A stretch of DNA of 64,000 nucleotides from NCBI RefSeq assembly GCF_963921235.1, contig NC_086097.1, positions 10,044,001 through 10,108,000 on the forward strand, in the 5' to 3' direction. The notes beneath the pieces were generated by a model. That model ran no database searches, was not told where the DNA came from, and saw only the letters and a program-made list of their open reading frames with translations. This DNA comes from Mobula hypostoma (Eukaryota). Position 1 is the stretch's first letter, and every line of letters begins with the position of its first letter. The position numbers and the translations under genes were made by a program. This document shows, one piece after another, positions 13,259-26,886 of the stretch.

Positions 13259-14992
13259 GTTGGATGATCAGCCATGATCATACTGAATGGCGGTGCAAGT
13301 TCGAAGGGCTGAATGGCCTACTCCTGCACCTATTTTCTATCTATCTATTTATAGCAAATAATAAGGTGCAATTACAACACGTTAAAAATAAACAAACAGT
13401 GTAACGTTACTGGTGTTCCATACATGATGAGACCTGGAAGTTCAGAAGTCTTAAGGCCTGGGCCAAGAAATTGTTTCCCATCCTAACATGTCTTGTCTTA
13501 ATGCAACAGCATCTTCTGCCTGATAGTGGGTCAAAGAGATGTTTGGGTGAATGGGAATGATCATTGCTTTAATGCTAAGGGCTGTACGTACTGATAAATG
13601 TCTCAGATGGAAGTGAGATCGTGATGAGCCCCTCAGCAGTCCCTGCAATTTTTTGTGGGGGTTTGCAGTCAGATGTCTCACAATTCCCGTACTGATCAAA
13701 TGTGATTATTGTTAAAAGAATATTAATGTATTTTATTCAAACAGGTCAATACCTACTAATACAATAGCTCAACTTCTTGATTCATCAGTTTACAGAAAAT
13801 AAAATAAGTCTTTCATTATGTTCATTATTTTACAGAAACAGCAATCTCATAAGTCATATATATCAAAATTATGTCATTTTCTTTATATTGTAAATGCTTT
13901 ATTATTATTCCATATCAATAGGTGTTTTTAAGGAATTTCCATTCTTCACGAAGTTTTACTTTTTTTTTTGCTCAGCTGTTTGCATGGGTCCTATCTTGAT
14001 TACCACACAAAATGTCAATCATTATTTACACCCAATGGTTAACGGTGACAGATGTAAAAAGTATCGCAAGCACCATCTGCACAGTTATATCACATTGCGG
14101 TGTTCATAACAGAAGCTATTAATGGAATAACTGATAAATGACACACTGAATAATAAATCTGTCAGAAATCTGATAACAAGACACCAAATCCAGCTGAGTC
14201 TCACTGTGAACAAGAATTCAGGTAATGGGAAGCACACAGCACAAGATGATTTTCTGATAACAAGCTATGGGTGTGCATCTGATTTCAGAAAATTACATGC
14301 AGACTAATTTGATCTCCAACCAAATTCCTGCATGCTATCTTCACCTTATGCAATAAGGCACTTTTGGCTCATTGAACTAACCTTCAGGAATATCAAATCA
14401 TAATTATATTCTCATGAATTCTTTATTACCTCAATATGTATGCTAATTTTACCAGGACAGTGTTGGTAAGCGAAAAAATTATTTATAGTGTCTTGAGGTG
14501 CTGCAACAGCATTCACCAGTGGGAAAATATCAATAACATTTTTCCATTTCATAAAAGCATAAGTTACATACTTATTTTTAAGCCTTAATTCTGAAAGTTT
14601 GTCTTGAAATGGGCCAAAACTTTTTTTTTTCCTGCTGTGGGTGAACAATGTAAAATCTCATCAGAGAGTCAATCTTCTGAAAGGAAATCTTCCTGCAAAG
14701 AAATGGACGCAAGCAATTGACTTGAAGCATGTTGAATGGTTTGGAATGAACTGCTCCTCTGCATAATTTAGGATGAGGATTTATTCTTTAAGCCAGCTCT
14801 CAAAATTTGAACAAATAGATCATTAATCAGCAATAGAAAGGTCCAATCTAAGATCAGATAGTCAGTCCACAACATTTGACTTTCAATACATCCTGTTGCT
14901 TAGATGGTTTGGATGCTGAATTGGTTCAAATGTTGTAATTAATCCCAACACCGTACTCTCACTGTTTTGCATGCTAGGAAGGTTTTTTTTTA

Positions 14993-15462
14993 CAGTGCTG
15001 TTCGAAAGCCTGAAGCACACATATATAGCTAAGGTGCCTGAGACGGGTTTGTGTTTGTCAACGTGGAGCGGTGAATGATCTGTAAATCTATTAGGAGCAA
15101 AGCATGGTGGGAATGGCAAGGGTGGAGTGCTGTGGGAGGGCTGGGGGATAGGTGGCAGAGAAGGAGTACCAGGGGTGGTGCTGCATGTGCAGACACACCC
15201 AACCCTGAGTCAACAGGCAAGGTAATTTGACTCCAAACACTTGGTTTCTTGATCAATATAGAATGTTCCTCCCCTCTCCCTTCCTCCTTTTCCAACCATA
15301 ATTTCCTCTTCCTGTCTCCTTCCCATCACTCACATATGTCATGTAATTTTTTTTGCAGTAGCAGTGCAGTGCAATACATAAAATTACTACAGTACTGCAC
15401 AAAGACATGAGGCTCTCCAGCTATATATATATATGTGTGTGACAGACTTTTGCATGACACTG
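14993..15462. mobile_element. Composite Tc1/mariner-type MITE
   Basis: TA-flanked; TIR-like cagtgctgttcgaaagcctgaagcac at left, second copy at 15390, inverted end gacttttgcatgacactg; related copy at 29820-30212. Confidence 0.55.
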
Positions 15463-15819
15463 TATATGCGAAGATGTTGTACTTTGTAATTGAGTAGATC
15501 AGACTGATATAAGATCAACAATGGACTCCAATATTATAGCAGGCCCCACATGTTCTATGGAGAACGATGGACCAAACTTTAACAGTAGGAAGGACAACCT
15601 ACCTTCAAGCCCCAGCTGCTTTGGTCAAGATAATGCTTCCTATATGAACATTAACCAGACAAGACTGCTATTCAGACGTAGGTTGGTTACACCAGAAGAT
15701 TTGTTGTGCAAAGCCAGGTATATGAGTCTTTCAGTTCTTACATAGAACACGTTGACTTGTATTCACAGCAAATGGCATAATTGAAATGCTTGTGATGTGA
15801 GAGTGTATAAAAACATACT

Positions 15820-16450
15820 GTATGGAGATGGGGAGACCTATTGGGGGAACACTTCATCATGCACCTCATTTCAATCCACCAAAAGTGGAACTTTACAATG
15901 GCTAAACATTTAAATTCCGATTCCTATTTCCGTTCCGATATGTTGGTCCAAGACCTCCTCTTATACCATGATGAGGCCACCCTCAGGATGGAGGAGCAAC
16001 ACCCTATATTCCGTCTGGGTATCCTCCAACCTGACGGTATGAATATTGAATTCTCTGTCCGGTAAAAACATTTTTCTCTCCCCCCTCCCCTCTTCTTCTA
16101 TTCTCCAATCTGGCCTTTCACCTCTTCTCAACTGCCTATCATATGCCCCGGGTCCATTCCTCCTTCTATTTCTCCTATGGTCCACTCTCCTCTCCTATCA
16201 GATTTGTTCTTTGCCAGCCCTTGATCTTTCCTACCCACCTGGCTTCACATATCATCTTCTAGCTAGTCCTCTTTCTGCTTCCTCCGCCTTTTAATTCTGG
16301 CTTCTTCCCCTTTCCTTTTCACTCCCGAAGAAGAATCCCAGCCTGAAACATTAACTGTTTATTAATTTCCATAGATACTGGCTGACCTGCTGAGTTCCTA
16401 CAGAATTTTGTGTGTGTTGCTCTGGATTTCCAGTATCTGCAGACTTGGTT
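15820..16450 (+). mobile_element. Penelope-like element 3' fragment (GIY-YIG end + pyrimidine-rich pLTR/3' UTR)
   Basis: HDEATLRMEEQHPIFRLGILQPDGMNIEFS; terminal ccagtatctgcagac; decayed hammerhead. Confidence 0.85.
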
Positions 16451-16759
16451 GTGATGGACTATATGGCAGTGCATAGAAACCACTCTTTTCACCATTCTGA
16501 AATGTATACTATGTCAACAGATTATTTCATACCATGGAAAGTGAGCTGCATTTTTGTTTGTGAAGCAGCTCAAAAATTACAGGATCATTTTATATCTAAC
16601 CCAGCAGAAAATATGGAGAGTCATAGACATGGAAATGGAGAAAATGCCATTGAGTTTTTTCTTTCATTGCAACTTCATTCCCTTTTGAAATTAGAATTTG
16701 TGTGACAAAATAAGTTTTGTGGTTAAATTAATAGTGAATTCTGTAAATGTTTTTTTTAA

Positions 16760-17035
16760 TTTGGAGATACAACATGGAACAGGCTGTTCTGGGCCAATGA
16801 GCCTTACTGCCCAGCAACCTATTTATTTACTCTTAACCTAATCAAAGGACAATTTACAATGACTAATTCGCCTACTAACTGGAACATCTTTGGACTGTGG
16901 GAGGAAACCATGGCAACCAGAAGACGCTCATGCGTGTGCAGGAAGAACATACAAACCTTCTTACAGAGTATGGTGGAATTGAAATCCAAACTCTGATGCC
17001 CCAAGTTGTAATAGCATTGTGCTAACTGCTATGCT
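16760..17035 (-). mobile_element. HE1-like SINE
   Basis: Reverse V-core tttggactgtgggaggaaacc. Confidence 0.75.
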
Positions 17036-17200
17036 AGTTATAGACCAGGCAGAATCTCTTGAATTATTTTTGTATACAGAATTGCAATGTGAATGGAAAT
17101 GGTGCTGTGAAATACTAAATAATTTTGTCCAATGCAAGCTACAAATTCAATTCAATTCAAGTTTAATTGTCATTCAACCATATGTGAATACTCCTGAGTA

Positions 17201-17280
17201 CAGGTGTCCCCTGCTTTTCGAACGTTCGCTTTACGAAACCTCACTGTTACGAAAGACCTACATTAGTACCCTGTTTTCCC
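17201..17280. mobile_element. Tigger/pogo-like DNA transposon end
   Basis: ta|caggtgtcccctgcttttcgaacgttcgctttacgaaa resembles a Tigger-type terminus with subterminal repeats. Confidence 0.45.
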
Positions 17281-17580
17281 TCTGTACCTACTTCCAAGCA
17301 CCTTAAAACTGTGCCCTCTCGTGCTAGCCATTCAGCCCTGGGAAAAAGCCTTTGACTATCCACAAGATCAATGCCTCTCATCATTTTATACACATCTATC
17401 AAGTTGCCTCTCATCCTCCGTCGCTCCAAGGAGAAAAGGCCAAGTTCACTCAACCTATTCTCATAATGCATGCTCCCCAATCCAGGCAACATCCTTGTAA
17501 ATCTCCTCTGCATCCTTTCTATAGTTTCCACATCCTTCCTGTAGTGAGGCGACCGGAACTGAGCACAGTACTCCAAGTGA
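17281..17580 (-). mobile_element. CR1 LINE ORF2 C-terminal fragment
   Basis: EYCAQFRSPHYRKDVETIERMQRRFTRMLPGL...LERRRMRG. Confidence 0.9.
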
Positions 17581-18015
17581 GAGTATCAGTAAAATACAAC
17601 TACGCAATATCTATGTATATAGTCCTGACCTGATTCCATCGTTCTGCTGAGCGAACACTGGGGGGGGGGGGGTGGAGGGTGGCACACCAACTCCAGCCTG
17701 AATCCTGCTGTACCACTCTGCCTCTGATGGAGCGAAATGGCCCCAATGCCTTTCTCCACATGGCTGCAAACAGTTGACACCTCGGCTTGAGGCCCTGAGT
17801 CCAAATGAATGACACCAAAATCTGCAGTCGACCACAATACATTTTGTTTTTCACCGAGAGAACATTCGGAGGGGAGGGCAGCACTGAGGCACTGAATCCA
17901 GTCTGGACACCACCTCCAGCGCAATACATTGGCTCTGACGTCTCTCTCCTGGCTGCTGTGGAGAGGTGACACCGTGCATCGGGGTTGGGGTTGGTAGTCA
18001 GAGAATATTAGCAAA

Positions 18016-18822
18016 GACTTATTTATACTTTATACTTTATTGTCGCCAAACAATTGGTACTAGAACGTACAATCATCACAGCGATATTTGATTCTGCGCT
18101 TCATATTCTCTGGATTACAAATATTAAATATTAAAAATAGTTAAAATTAGTAAATATTAAAAATTTAAATTATAAATCATAAATAGAAAATAGAAAAAAT
18201 GGAAAGTAAGGTAGTGCAAAAAAACCGAGAGACGGGTCCGGATATTTGGAGGGTACAGCCCAGATGCGGGTCAGGACCCGTTCAGCAGTCTTATCACAGT
18301 TGGAAAGAAGCTGTTCCCAATTATGGCCGTACGAGTCTTCAAGCTCCTGAGCCCTCTCCCGGAGCGAAGAGGGATGAAAGGTGTGTTGGCTGGGTGGGTC
18401 GTGTCCTTAATTATCCTGGCAGCACTGCTCCGACAGCAAGTGGTGCAAAGTGAGTCCAAGGACGGAAGATTGGTTTGTGCGATGTGCTGCGCCGTGTTCA
18501 CGATCTTCTGCAGCTTCTTTCAGTCTTGGACAGGACAACTTTCATACCAGGTTGTGATGCACCCTAGAAGAATGCTTTCTACGGTGCATTTATAAAAAAT
18601 AGTGAGGGTTTTAGGGGACAGGCCAAATTTCCTTAGTTTTCTCAGGAAGTAAAGGTGCTGGTGGGCCTTCTTGGCAGTGAACTCTGCTTGGCTGGACTAA
18701 GTCAGGTCATTTGTGATATTGACCCCGAGGAACTTTAAAGCTTTTGATGTGTTCCACTTGCGCACAACCAATATAAATTGGGTCGTGTGGTCCGCTACTC
18801 CTTCTGAAGTCAACAACCAATT
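18016..18822 (-). mobile_element. Rex1/Babar LINE 3' fragment
   Basis: VDFRRS, IIKDTTHPANTPFIPLRSGR, NSFFPTVIRLLN, 3' UTR and (aagtata)n-like tail. Confidence 0.88.
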
Positions 18823-20289
18823 TGCAAAACAGAAGCTGAAACATATGAATGGGATGGGAATTGCAGGTGTAAAGATTGTTTAAATTAGATGTTTTTATTG
18901 GTGTCTGTGTGATATTTACATAAAAACTTACAGAGAATATTATTGCACAGTCCAGCTCCTTCAGCCAACAATATTGTGCCAAACTTTTAACTTACTCTAA
19001 GGTCAATCTAACAACTTCCCTTCTATATAGCCCTGCATTTTTCTATCATCCATAATTCTGCTCAGACAGCTACACAAACATGATGTAAATCTTAATAGAA
19101 GCAGATGTGTATTTTTACAGAAAGACCTTACAGGGATAGATATATGGACAGGAAAGGAATGGAGGGTTATGGGCTGAGTGCAGGTCGGTGGGACTAGGTG
19201 AGAGTAAGGGTTTGGCACGGACTAGAAGGGCCGAGATGGCTGTTGCCGAGCTGTAATTGTTATATGGTTATATAGTTATATGGCTAAGGCAGATGCAAAT
19301 GGGTTGAAGCCAATTAAAGAGAAGTTAGAAGTAATCAAGAATCCACAAACATGGCAGAACATGCTGCAAGGTTGCCAAATCTCCAAGAATACTGACATCA
19401 TCTATCACTAAAGAAAAATAAACAAAAATGGAATTCGGACAGAGAATAACAAACGTCTTGTGCAATAAGAGCCTGGGGAGTGAATTTTTATTAGTTCACT
19501 ACAAAAATCTAAGTATTGAAATATACATCTGATGTTTAAAATTATCCATTAGGAGTTATAGTCATATAACTGATGGTCATGAAAAAGCATTGAGAAATAC
19601 AGTACTTTGCTGTGCTAAAGGCAACGTGAGAAAGAGGCATGGGAAACATATTGAAAAATTTAAAAAAAATAGATGTTTCAGATTCCTATTGGGTAGACTT
19701 TTCAGTTCACACACTAACAAACATTTTTTAAATTGGCAATTCTTGCTCCCAAAATCACAATGCCAACAATGCTTGTATCTATAATGTAACTTTCTTCGAT
19801 CACATTAATACATTATTGAATGTAAAGGTTTTTAAATCAGAATCAGTTTAATATCACTGGAATATGTTATAAAATATGTTATTTTGTAGAAGCAGTACAT
19901 TGCAATACATAGTAATAAAAGACTACAAATTACAATAAATTTATTTGAAATTTCTAAATTAAATTAAGTAAGTAGTGGAAAAAGATAACAAAAAATACTG
20001 AGGTAGATACACATGGGTTCATTTACCATTTAGAAATCTGATAGTAGAGGGGAAGAAGCTATTCCTAAAATGTTGAATGTGTGTCTTCAGGCTCCTGTAT
20101 CTCCCCTTGGTGGCGCCAATGAGAAGAAGGCAAGTCCTGGCTGACGGAGGCCCTTAATGATGGATGTTGCCTTTTTCGAGGCATCACTTTTTGAAGGTGT
20201 CCTCTTGAAAGATGGTTAAAAACTAAATGTTTTAAAGAATATGTTGTCAAGCTTGCCATACAAAAATTCAAAGATGGAGTGCAAAGTAA

Positions 20290-20970
20290 TGAAAGTCAAA
20301 GTTTGAAGGAACTTTTGTTACTGAAGTATATACATATATGTCACCATATATAACTCTGAGATTCCCTTTCTTGCTGGCAATCCCTGTAACTGCAATAGGC
20401 ACACTAGAATCAATCAAAATACCCAACAGTCTGGACAAAAAACCTATGTGCAAAAAAAAAACACCAACTGTGCAAGTACAAAAAGAAAAAGAAAATAATG
20501 ATAAATATTCAGAACATGAGATGAAGTGTTCTTGAAAGTGAGTTCAGTTCAGTGGGAAAAGTTCTGTGATGAATTGAGTGAAGTTATTCTCTCTGGTTCA
20601 AGAGCCTGAGAGCTGAGGAGTAACAACTGTTCCTGAACCTGGAGATGTGGGTCCTGAGGCCCCTGTGCTTTTTTCCTGATGACAGCAGCAAGGAGAGACC
20701 ATGACCTGGGTGGTGGGTGTTATTGATGATGGATGCTGCTTGCCAGCGACTGCACTCGTATAGATGTGCTCAATGGTGTGGAGGTCTTCACCTGTGATGG
20801 ACTGGGCTGTATCCAATATTCTTTGTAGGCTTTTCCTTTCAGGAGTACTGGTGTTTCTATGCCAGGCTGTGATGCAACAGCCAATATGGTCTCCAACACA
20901 TATCTTTAGAAGTTTGTCAGAGGTACTAGATGGCAAGTCAAATCTTCACAAATTTCTTAGAAAGTAGAGG
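20290..20970 (-). mobile_element. Rex1/Babar LINE 3' fragment (second tail fragment at 19835-20210)
   Basis: GCCITAWHRNTSTPERKSLQRILDTAQSITG; (tttgaac)-type tail. Confidence 0.85.
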
Positions 20971-21023
20971 AGAGATGATAAGGATCATCTTCTGCTCAAG
21001 TCAATGAAAATAGATGAGAATAT

Positions 21024-21938
21024 TGTTACGTACCCTGTAACTGGGTTGCCAAACCAGCAGAAATGGACCACTCAGTTGGAGTCTGGATTACTGGAACTAA
21101 GAAAGTTTTATTAGAGAAATAAGCAACACAGTACTCTAATAGTAAGGATATAAATGCAACAGGTTAGCAATGAATAAACACACATGTACACAGAACTAGG
21201 ATAATAGGATCAATCAAGCTCTATCGCAGTCTAGGGGTAAATGACCAGTTTCAAGTGACACAAAGTTCAGTTCAATTGAGTTGAGTTCAGTTCGCAGTAA
21301 TCACTGTTGTGCCGTTGGGCGGGGAAAAAGGAGAGAGAGCGAAAGCGAATGAATATTCAAAATGGATTCCACACAGACCTTCGATATTCCTCACAGTTAG
21401 CTTTCGGGCGAGTCCTTGGTAATGTCTTCTGAGGTCACCGACTGTGACCCCTCCATTCCAGACACGATCGTTCTTCAGTGGTGAACCCGGCACCCAGGCA
21501 AGGGCGGACACACACTAGCTTCCCGCCGACCAAATCTTTCCACCCTGTGCATCTATGCCTGGTCTCGCCATCAGACCTCCAAAACTCCCACCGACTTGTG
21601 GGGGTGCACCGCTTCCAGGGTCTCATTACCTCGTGGTGTTGTGTGTGGTGTCTTAGCGAACCTGCCCCCTTTTATCCCCCTGCTGGGGTATCGCCTGTCC
21701 ATCACACTTCAAACAGTTCAGGGTTCAAAAGGAGCCGGTCTTGACAATATTCAGACCGGTGTCTCCTTCCGTTAAACTCTCTCGTCTCTTCATTAACATT
21801 TCCAAATGCTGCTCCATTGTCTTACTTATCTCTCTCTCCTGAAAACAGGTGGCAAATCAACTGTTGATCCCACTGGTGCCAGCACAGGACAGTTAACATC
21901 TTAGTCTAGGTGTACTTTTGTATCCCTCTTTTGTCACA
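21024..21938 (-). mobile_element. Solo LTR (915 bp)
   Basis: TGTTAC...GTCACA termini, 4-bp TSD atat (21020-23 / 21939-42); AATAAA on minus strand near 21110. Confidence 0.8.
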
Positions 21939-24629
21939 ATATAGTATAAATACACTGATTTTAAAAGACACAGGTTTATGAGAACATTTTAATAAGATGA
22001 ACCAATGCAGCCAAATGCCCAGCAGAAGACGCTAATCTGTACTATAATCAATCACATAAATTGTCTACAGAGAAGGGTTATGTGAAATGCAGACACAGTT
22101 TTATCCTACCCATGTTATTGAGAAATGTACTTCAGAGATTTACACTTAAGATTCTGATATTGTAAGCATCAAGGTGATAAACAGATAGTTATTTATTGGC
22201 CTGAAATAGGAACAGAAGAGCTAGCAATATACTATCTGTCAGGACCACACAACCAAGACAGTAAAGACATCCTTGCAGAATTGAAAAAAAGTGCAATGAG
22301 ACGTTCATAAAATTAATGGCAATATGTGACTCAATAACTTTTACATACTGATAGATAGTTACTTGAAATAGATTGAACGGAAACATATTAAGGTTTTGTC
22401 TTGCAGTCTGCTGATGAATTTACTTAAACCGAGGTTTATCAGAAGTCGTTGTTTTGGATAACACCCCCCAGTTTGTTTATTTCTACTTGAACTTCATTTG
22501 GCACATGAAGGTATTTAGAACACACTGAGCTATGAGAGGAAAGTAAGAATTGTTGAAGGAGCTTTGAAAACTCAGATGTAACAGGGTGCTCAGTCTATCA
22601 GTGAGGCAATGGGAGGCACAGGAAGGTATATTGTAAGCAGCAGAATGATTAGGAGCATTGATGTACAGAGGGCTGTTGGGATATAAGTTCATAACTCCCT
22701 GAAAGTAGCAGTATAAGTAAAAAGGGTTGTTGTATCATCCATGTCTTCATCAGTCAGGATGTTGAGTATTAAAATTAGGAAAGGATTCTCCCAACATTTG
22801 TCAGGCTACAAATTGAGTCCCAGGTTGTCACGGTTGTTCATGGAATCAGTTCTCCAATGATCCAATGAAGCATATCCTAACTGATTGCAAAAAATCTGTG
22901 TCTGAGAGGCCTTATCACTAAGACAAAGTCCTGCTACCCACTAACATATGTAACTGAGGCTTTGATCTTATACCCTTCTCATTCTCCCGCCTTGAGAAGA
23001 GACATTTAAGTTCAATGTTCAATTTTAAAGTAAACATTATCGAAGAACATATATATCACTGCATACTTGCCTGACATTCATTTTCATGCAGGTAATCACA
23101 GTAGATTCAAAGAAACATAACCAAATCGATGGAAAAATATTTTGAGGATGCGACTAAACACACTGATGAAGGAAGAGCAGTAGATGGATTTCAGCAAGGC
23201 ATTTGATAAGGTACCCCATGCAAGGCTTATTGAGAAAGTAAGGAGGCATGGGATCCAGTGGAATCATTTCTATTAGCAGGAGTAGGTGCAAAGGCAGGTT
23301 ACTGGTGCTTGTTGGCCATGGTGGATTTCAAATATGGAAGAAAACATTGAACTTGAATATGTCAAGGACAATGGAAGCAGACAGATCAATTGTCTTTGTT
23401 CCCGCCATGTGCTTAGAAATGGAGTCAACCATTTTGTGGAACTGTTTCACATCCTCCATTTTGTGAGATGGAGTTGCTTTGCTTTGTGTTTTAAAGTGGA
23501 CATGATGCTTCAAGTAATCTGCTGAACAAGAGATCACTTCCAAATAAGAAATTATCTGTGAGGTGTTCTTTGATATAATATAGCATGCAGGATTGTGAAT
23601 GTTGGGGTTGGTGCTTGCCTGGAGTGATTGGACCTGGTTACTGAAAAGAACAAAAAGCCGTAAATTATTGACTGTCACTTGCTTGGAAGAGGGCAATAAA
23701 TGGATGCTGGTCTAGAAATGAGCCAATAAAAAGGTGTTAAAGGTCAATCAGATGACCGACAGCCAATAACAGCGGAATACAATATTTCAATTGGTAAGGA
23801 ATGAGTACCTGTATACTGCCTTTATAAGATCCTAATGCTAAGATGCTAAGATCCTCAAATGCTAAGAGCATTGAGCACTTCCAGAATATGATCTTTATAA
23901 GTGGATGCTTCTTCTGACTGCGATGGATGTAAAACTGTTTAAAGTTCTGAAGAAACAAATGAAGAATAATACATTTATAATACAATGAACAGAACAGAAA
24001 AACGATCTATTATTATTTAAACTGATCATAATCATTCATTGCTGGCGACAAAAAGAATTCACATATTTGCAATATATTTCTGAGTAAATTTTTATAGGAA
24101 GAGGCAGCAATATAATGTCAATATTCAGGATATTTAAAATAAGAATGTATAAAACTTACCACAAATCATCTTTCATTGATATTTACAGCTTTATATTGCT
24201 TATTTTATCTTTTTTTTTGTCCTTATACAGATAACGTCTGTTAGAATCTTTCTGATTCTCTTTCTATTTAGAGGTTCAAGGATCTGACCAAGTCTAACAA
24301 GCACACAGGTGGTAATGGCAATGATCTTATGTTTGTTTTGTTGGATTACTGATTGAAAAGAAATGGCTTTGCCACCTCAGTGGATCAATTAATTAAAACT
24401 AAATGAAAACGTATTATTATATAAAGTCTGGGCAACATACTCTCTCGCATACAACAATATTTCTGTAATGATGAAAGTGAATTTTATATAAAAACAAAGT
24501 CCAAAGTGGTCTTGTCTTGCAAATAATTATGCCATAATCTTGTGGGATGAAGAGTTACATTGTTAGAAAGCCATTTGGGCTGTTCCTTTTACACAGCATT
24601 GCTTAATGTTCCCTTTGGTGTTTTGTATC

Positions 24630-24795
24630 TTTTTGGTAGTGTAGTGGTTAGCATAATGCTAATACAGAGCCAGTAATACAGGTTCAATTCCCACCACTTT
24701 CTGTCAGGAGTTTGTACCACGCGGGTTTCCTTCGGAATCTCCGGTTTCCGCCCATAGTCCAAAGACGTACCGGTTAGTAGGTGAATTGTCATTTA
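24630..24795 (+). mobile_element. HE1-like SINE (partial)
   Basis: A box tagtgtagtgg, B box ggttcaattcc, V-core remnant. Confidence 0.75.
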
Positions 24796-25914
24796 CATGG
24801 CTGAGGGGGTGGAATAATAATGTAACAGATAGCGTGAAGCAATGACAGCGCCAGCACCAGTGTTTGTTCAATCATTATGTGCCGTGTTGTATAATGTGGG
24901 CGATCATGTTCTTTCCATGATCGTGATGGTTATCGGCAAAGTGTTACCAAGTGGTTTGCCATTAGCTTCTGCCATTCCCATGTTTAGGAGATGGGTGACC
25001 CCAGCCATTCTCAATAGCCTTCAGAGATTGTTTGCCTGGCGTCAGTGGTCACATAACAGGGACTTGTGTTATGCACGACCTGCTCCCACGGCTTCATGTG
25101 ACCCTGCCCCGGGGGCTAAGCGGGTGCTACACCTTAGCCAAGAGTGACCTGTAGGTGACCTGAAGAAGCATCTTATGCCTCCTTTGCTAGAGATGTATCT
25201 CCACCCCTCCACCCTGAGCAGAATGTGGGTAGAATAAAATTTAAAAACTTGTTTAATTGTCATTTAACCATACACATGGATACAGGCAAATGAAACAGCA
25301 GTCCTCTGGGGCCAAGGTGGAAGCACAGTATCAACAGTCACACACAGCACACACTGTATAGCAGAAAAAAATACAGTCACAAAAAGTATATCGTTCAAGT
25401 CCCTGAGTGTCTCTACTCTGCCACCAGTGACCTACGTTTAGTTCCCACCGCTGTCAGTAAGTAGTTTGTACATCCTCCCCATGACCTCGAGATTTTCCTC
25501 CACCCACAGTCAAAAGCCGTACAGTTTAGTATGTTATTTGGTCATTGTAAATTGCCCTGTGATTAAGCTAGGTCTAAATAGGTGGGTTGCTAGACAGCAC
25601 AGCTCATTTGGATGGAAGGTCTTGTTCTGCACTGAATCTCTAAATAGAGCTGCTGTATCTCTGAATCAGTCTGCAAAATTTGTTAGTATAGATTTTATTC
25701 TGCTTCTTTTCTGTTAAAGGACATTATATTAATGCAAGACTTTGAATGATCAATGTTTGATGAGGAAAGCAAGCAAGACATGAATATGTTTTTTTTTTGT
25801 TTAAGGTAGCTGGCAGATCAGGAGCAGTACCTAGTTCTTGTTTAATATTTGCATATTATCCTATCAATGTGCCATTACTAAGAAGGCATGCCAGCGCCTT
25901 TACATTCTTAGAAG

Positions 25915-26760
25915 TTTTCACAGATTCGCCACGTCATCTAAAACTTTGACAAACTTCTATAGATGCACAATGGAGAGCATCCTGACTGGTTTCATCATGT
26001 CCTAGTATGGCAACACCAATGTCCAGGAATGGAAAAACCTACAAAAAGTGATGGATACAGCCCAGTCCATCACAGGATAAACAATTGAGCATATCTACAA
26101 GGAGTACTGCCACAAGAAAGCAGCATCCATCATCAAGGAGCCCCACCATCTAGTCCACACCACCAGGTTCAGAAGCAATTACACACTTCATCAGTCTCCT
26201 GAACCAACATGGATAACTTCTCTCACCTCAACACAGATCTGGTCGTTAAACACAATATATGAACTCACTTACAGGAACTCTACAACCCATGGTCTCAGTA
26301 TTATTTATTTATTTATCTATTTGAAGAGGCACATACAGAACGCAGGAGGAACTCAGCAGGTCAGGCAGCATCGATGGAGAGGAGTAAAAGTTGATGTTTT
26401 AGGCTGAGACCATTCATCAGAACTGTTTACTCTTTTCCATAGATGCTGCCTGGTCTGCTGAGATCCTCGAGCATTCTGTGTGTGTTACTTTGGATTTCTG
26501 CATCTGCAGACTTTCTTGTGTTTGGTATCTATCTGTTTATTTTTTTACTTAGTTATTTACTTATTTATTATTTGTGTTATTTTATTATTTGCACAGTCTC
26601 ATTTTGCACATTGGTTATTTGTCAGCCATCATTTATGTGTATTCCTTATTGATTTTATTGTGTTTCTTTGTTTTACTGTGAATTCCCACAAGAAAATAAA
26701 TCTCATGGTCGTATATGGTGACATATATGTACTTTGATAATGAATTTACTTTGAACTTTA
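25915..26760 (+). mobile_element. Rex1/Babar LINE 3' fragment hosting a mini Penelope palindrome
   Basis: FYRCTMESILTG, KAASIIKEPHH; tail tactttgataatgaatttactttgaacttt. Confidence 0.8.
26330..26523. mobile_element. Palindromic mini element of two inverted PLE 3' tips
   Basis: 26330-26420 is the reverse complement of the PLE terminal motif found forward at 26421-26523. Confidence 0.7.
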
Positions 26761-26886
26761 GGTCTGTTAGTCTGGTAAGGTATGTAGAAAAGTAAATATA
26801 AAATAAAAAAAGAATTCTGCATCTTACTGTACAACTGCTGCCAGACCTGAGGAGTCTTGGAACATTTCTGTTTCTATTTTAGGTTT

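Larger units (their letters stand above)
9243..13350 (+). mobile_element. Near full-length CR1-clade LINE (ORF1 + ORF2), frameshifted
   Basis: ORF1 zinc finger/leucine zipper plus esterase; ORF2 APE endonuclease and RT; 3' end with (ctat)n; flanks are two halves of a Rex1-type tail. Confidence 0.95.
19290..22400 (+). mobile_element. Possible very old Gypsy pol remnant (RT/RNase H 19290-19800, integrase 21945-22400) interrupted by later insertions
   Basis: Scattered peptides DANGLKPIKEKLEVIK, LVHY, FLLGRLFS, YWPEI, ILIDSYLK*IE in the Gypsy RT-RH-IN order. Confidence 0.35.

Noticed and set aside
9225..13370. TSD around the full-length CR1
   Set aside because: No convincing direct repeat found at the two junctions
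15521..15745. 74-aa ORF with ATG start
   Set aside because: No homology or splice support; length expected by chance
23328..23696. 122-aa minus ORF in unique-looking DNA
   Set aside because: No recognisable domain or convincing exon structure; left unannotated
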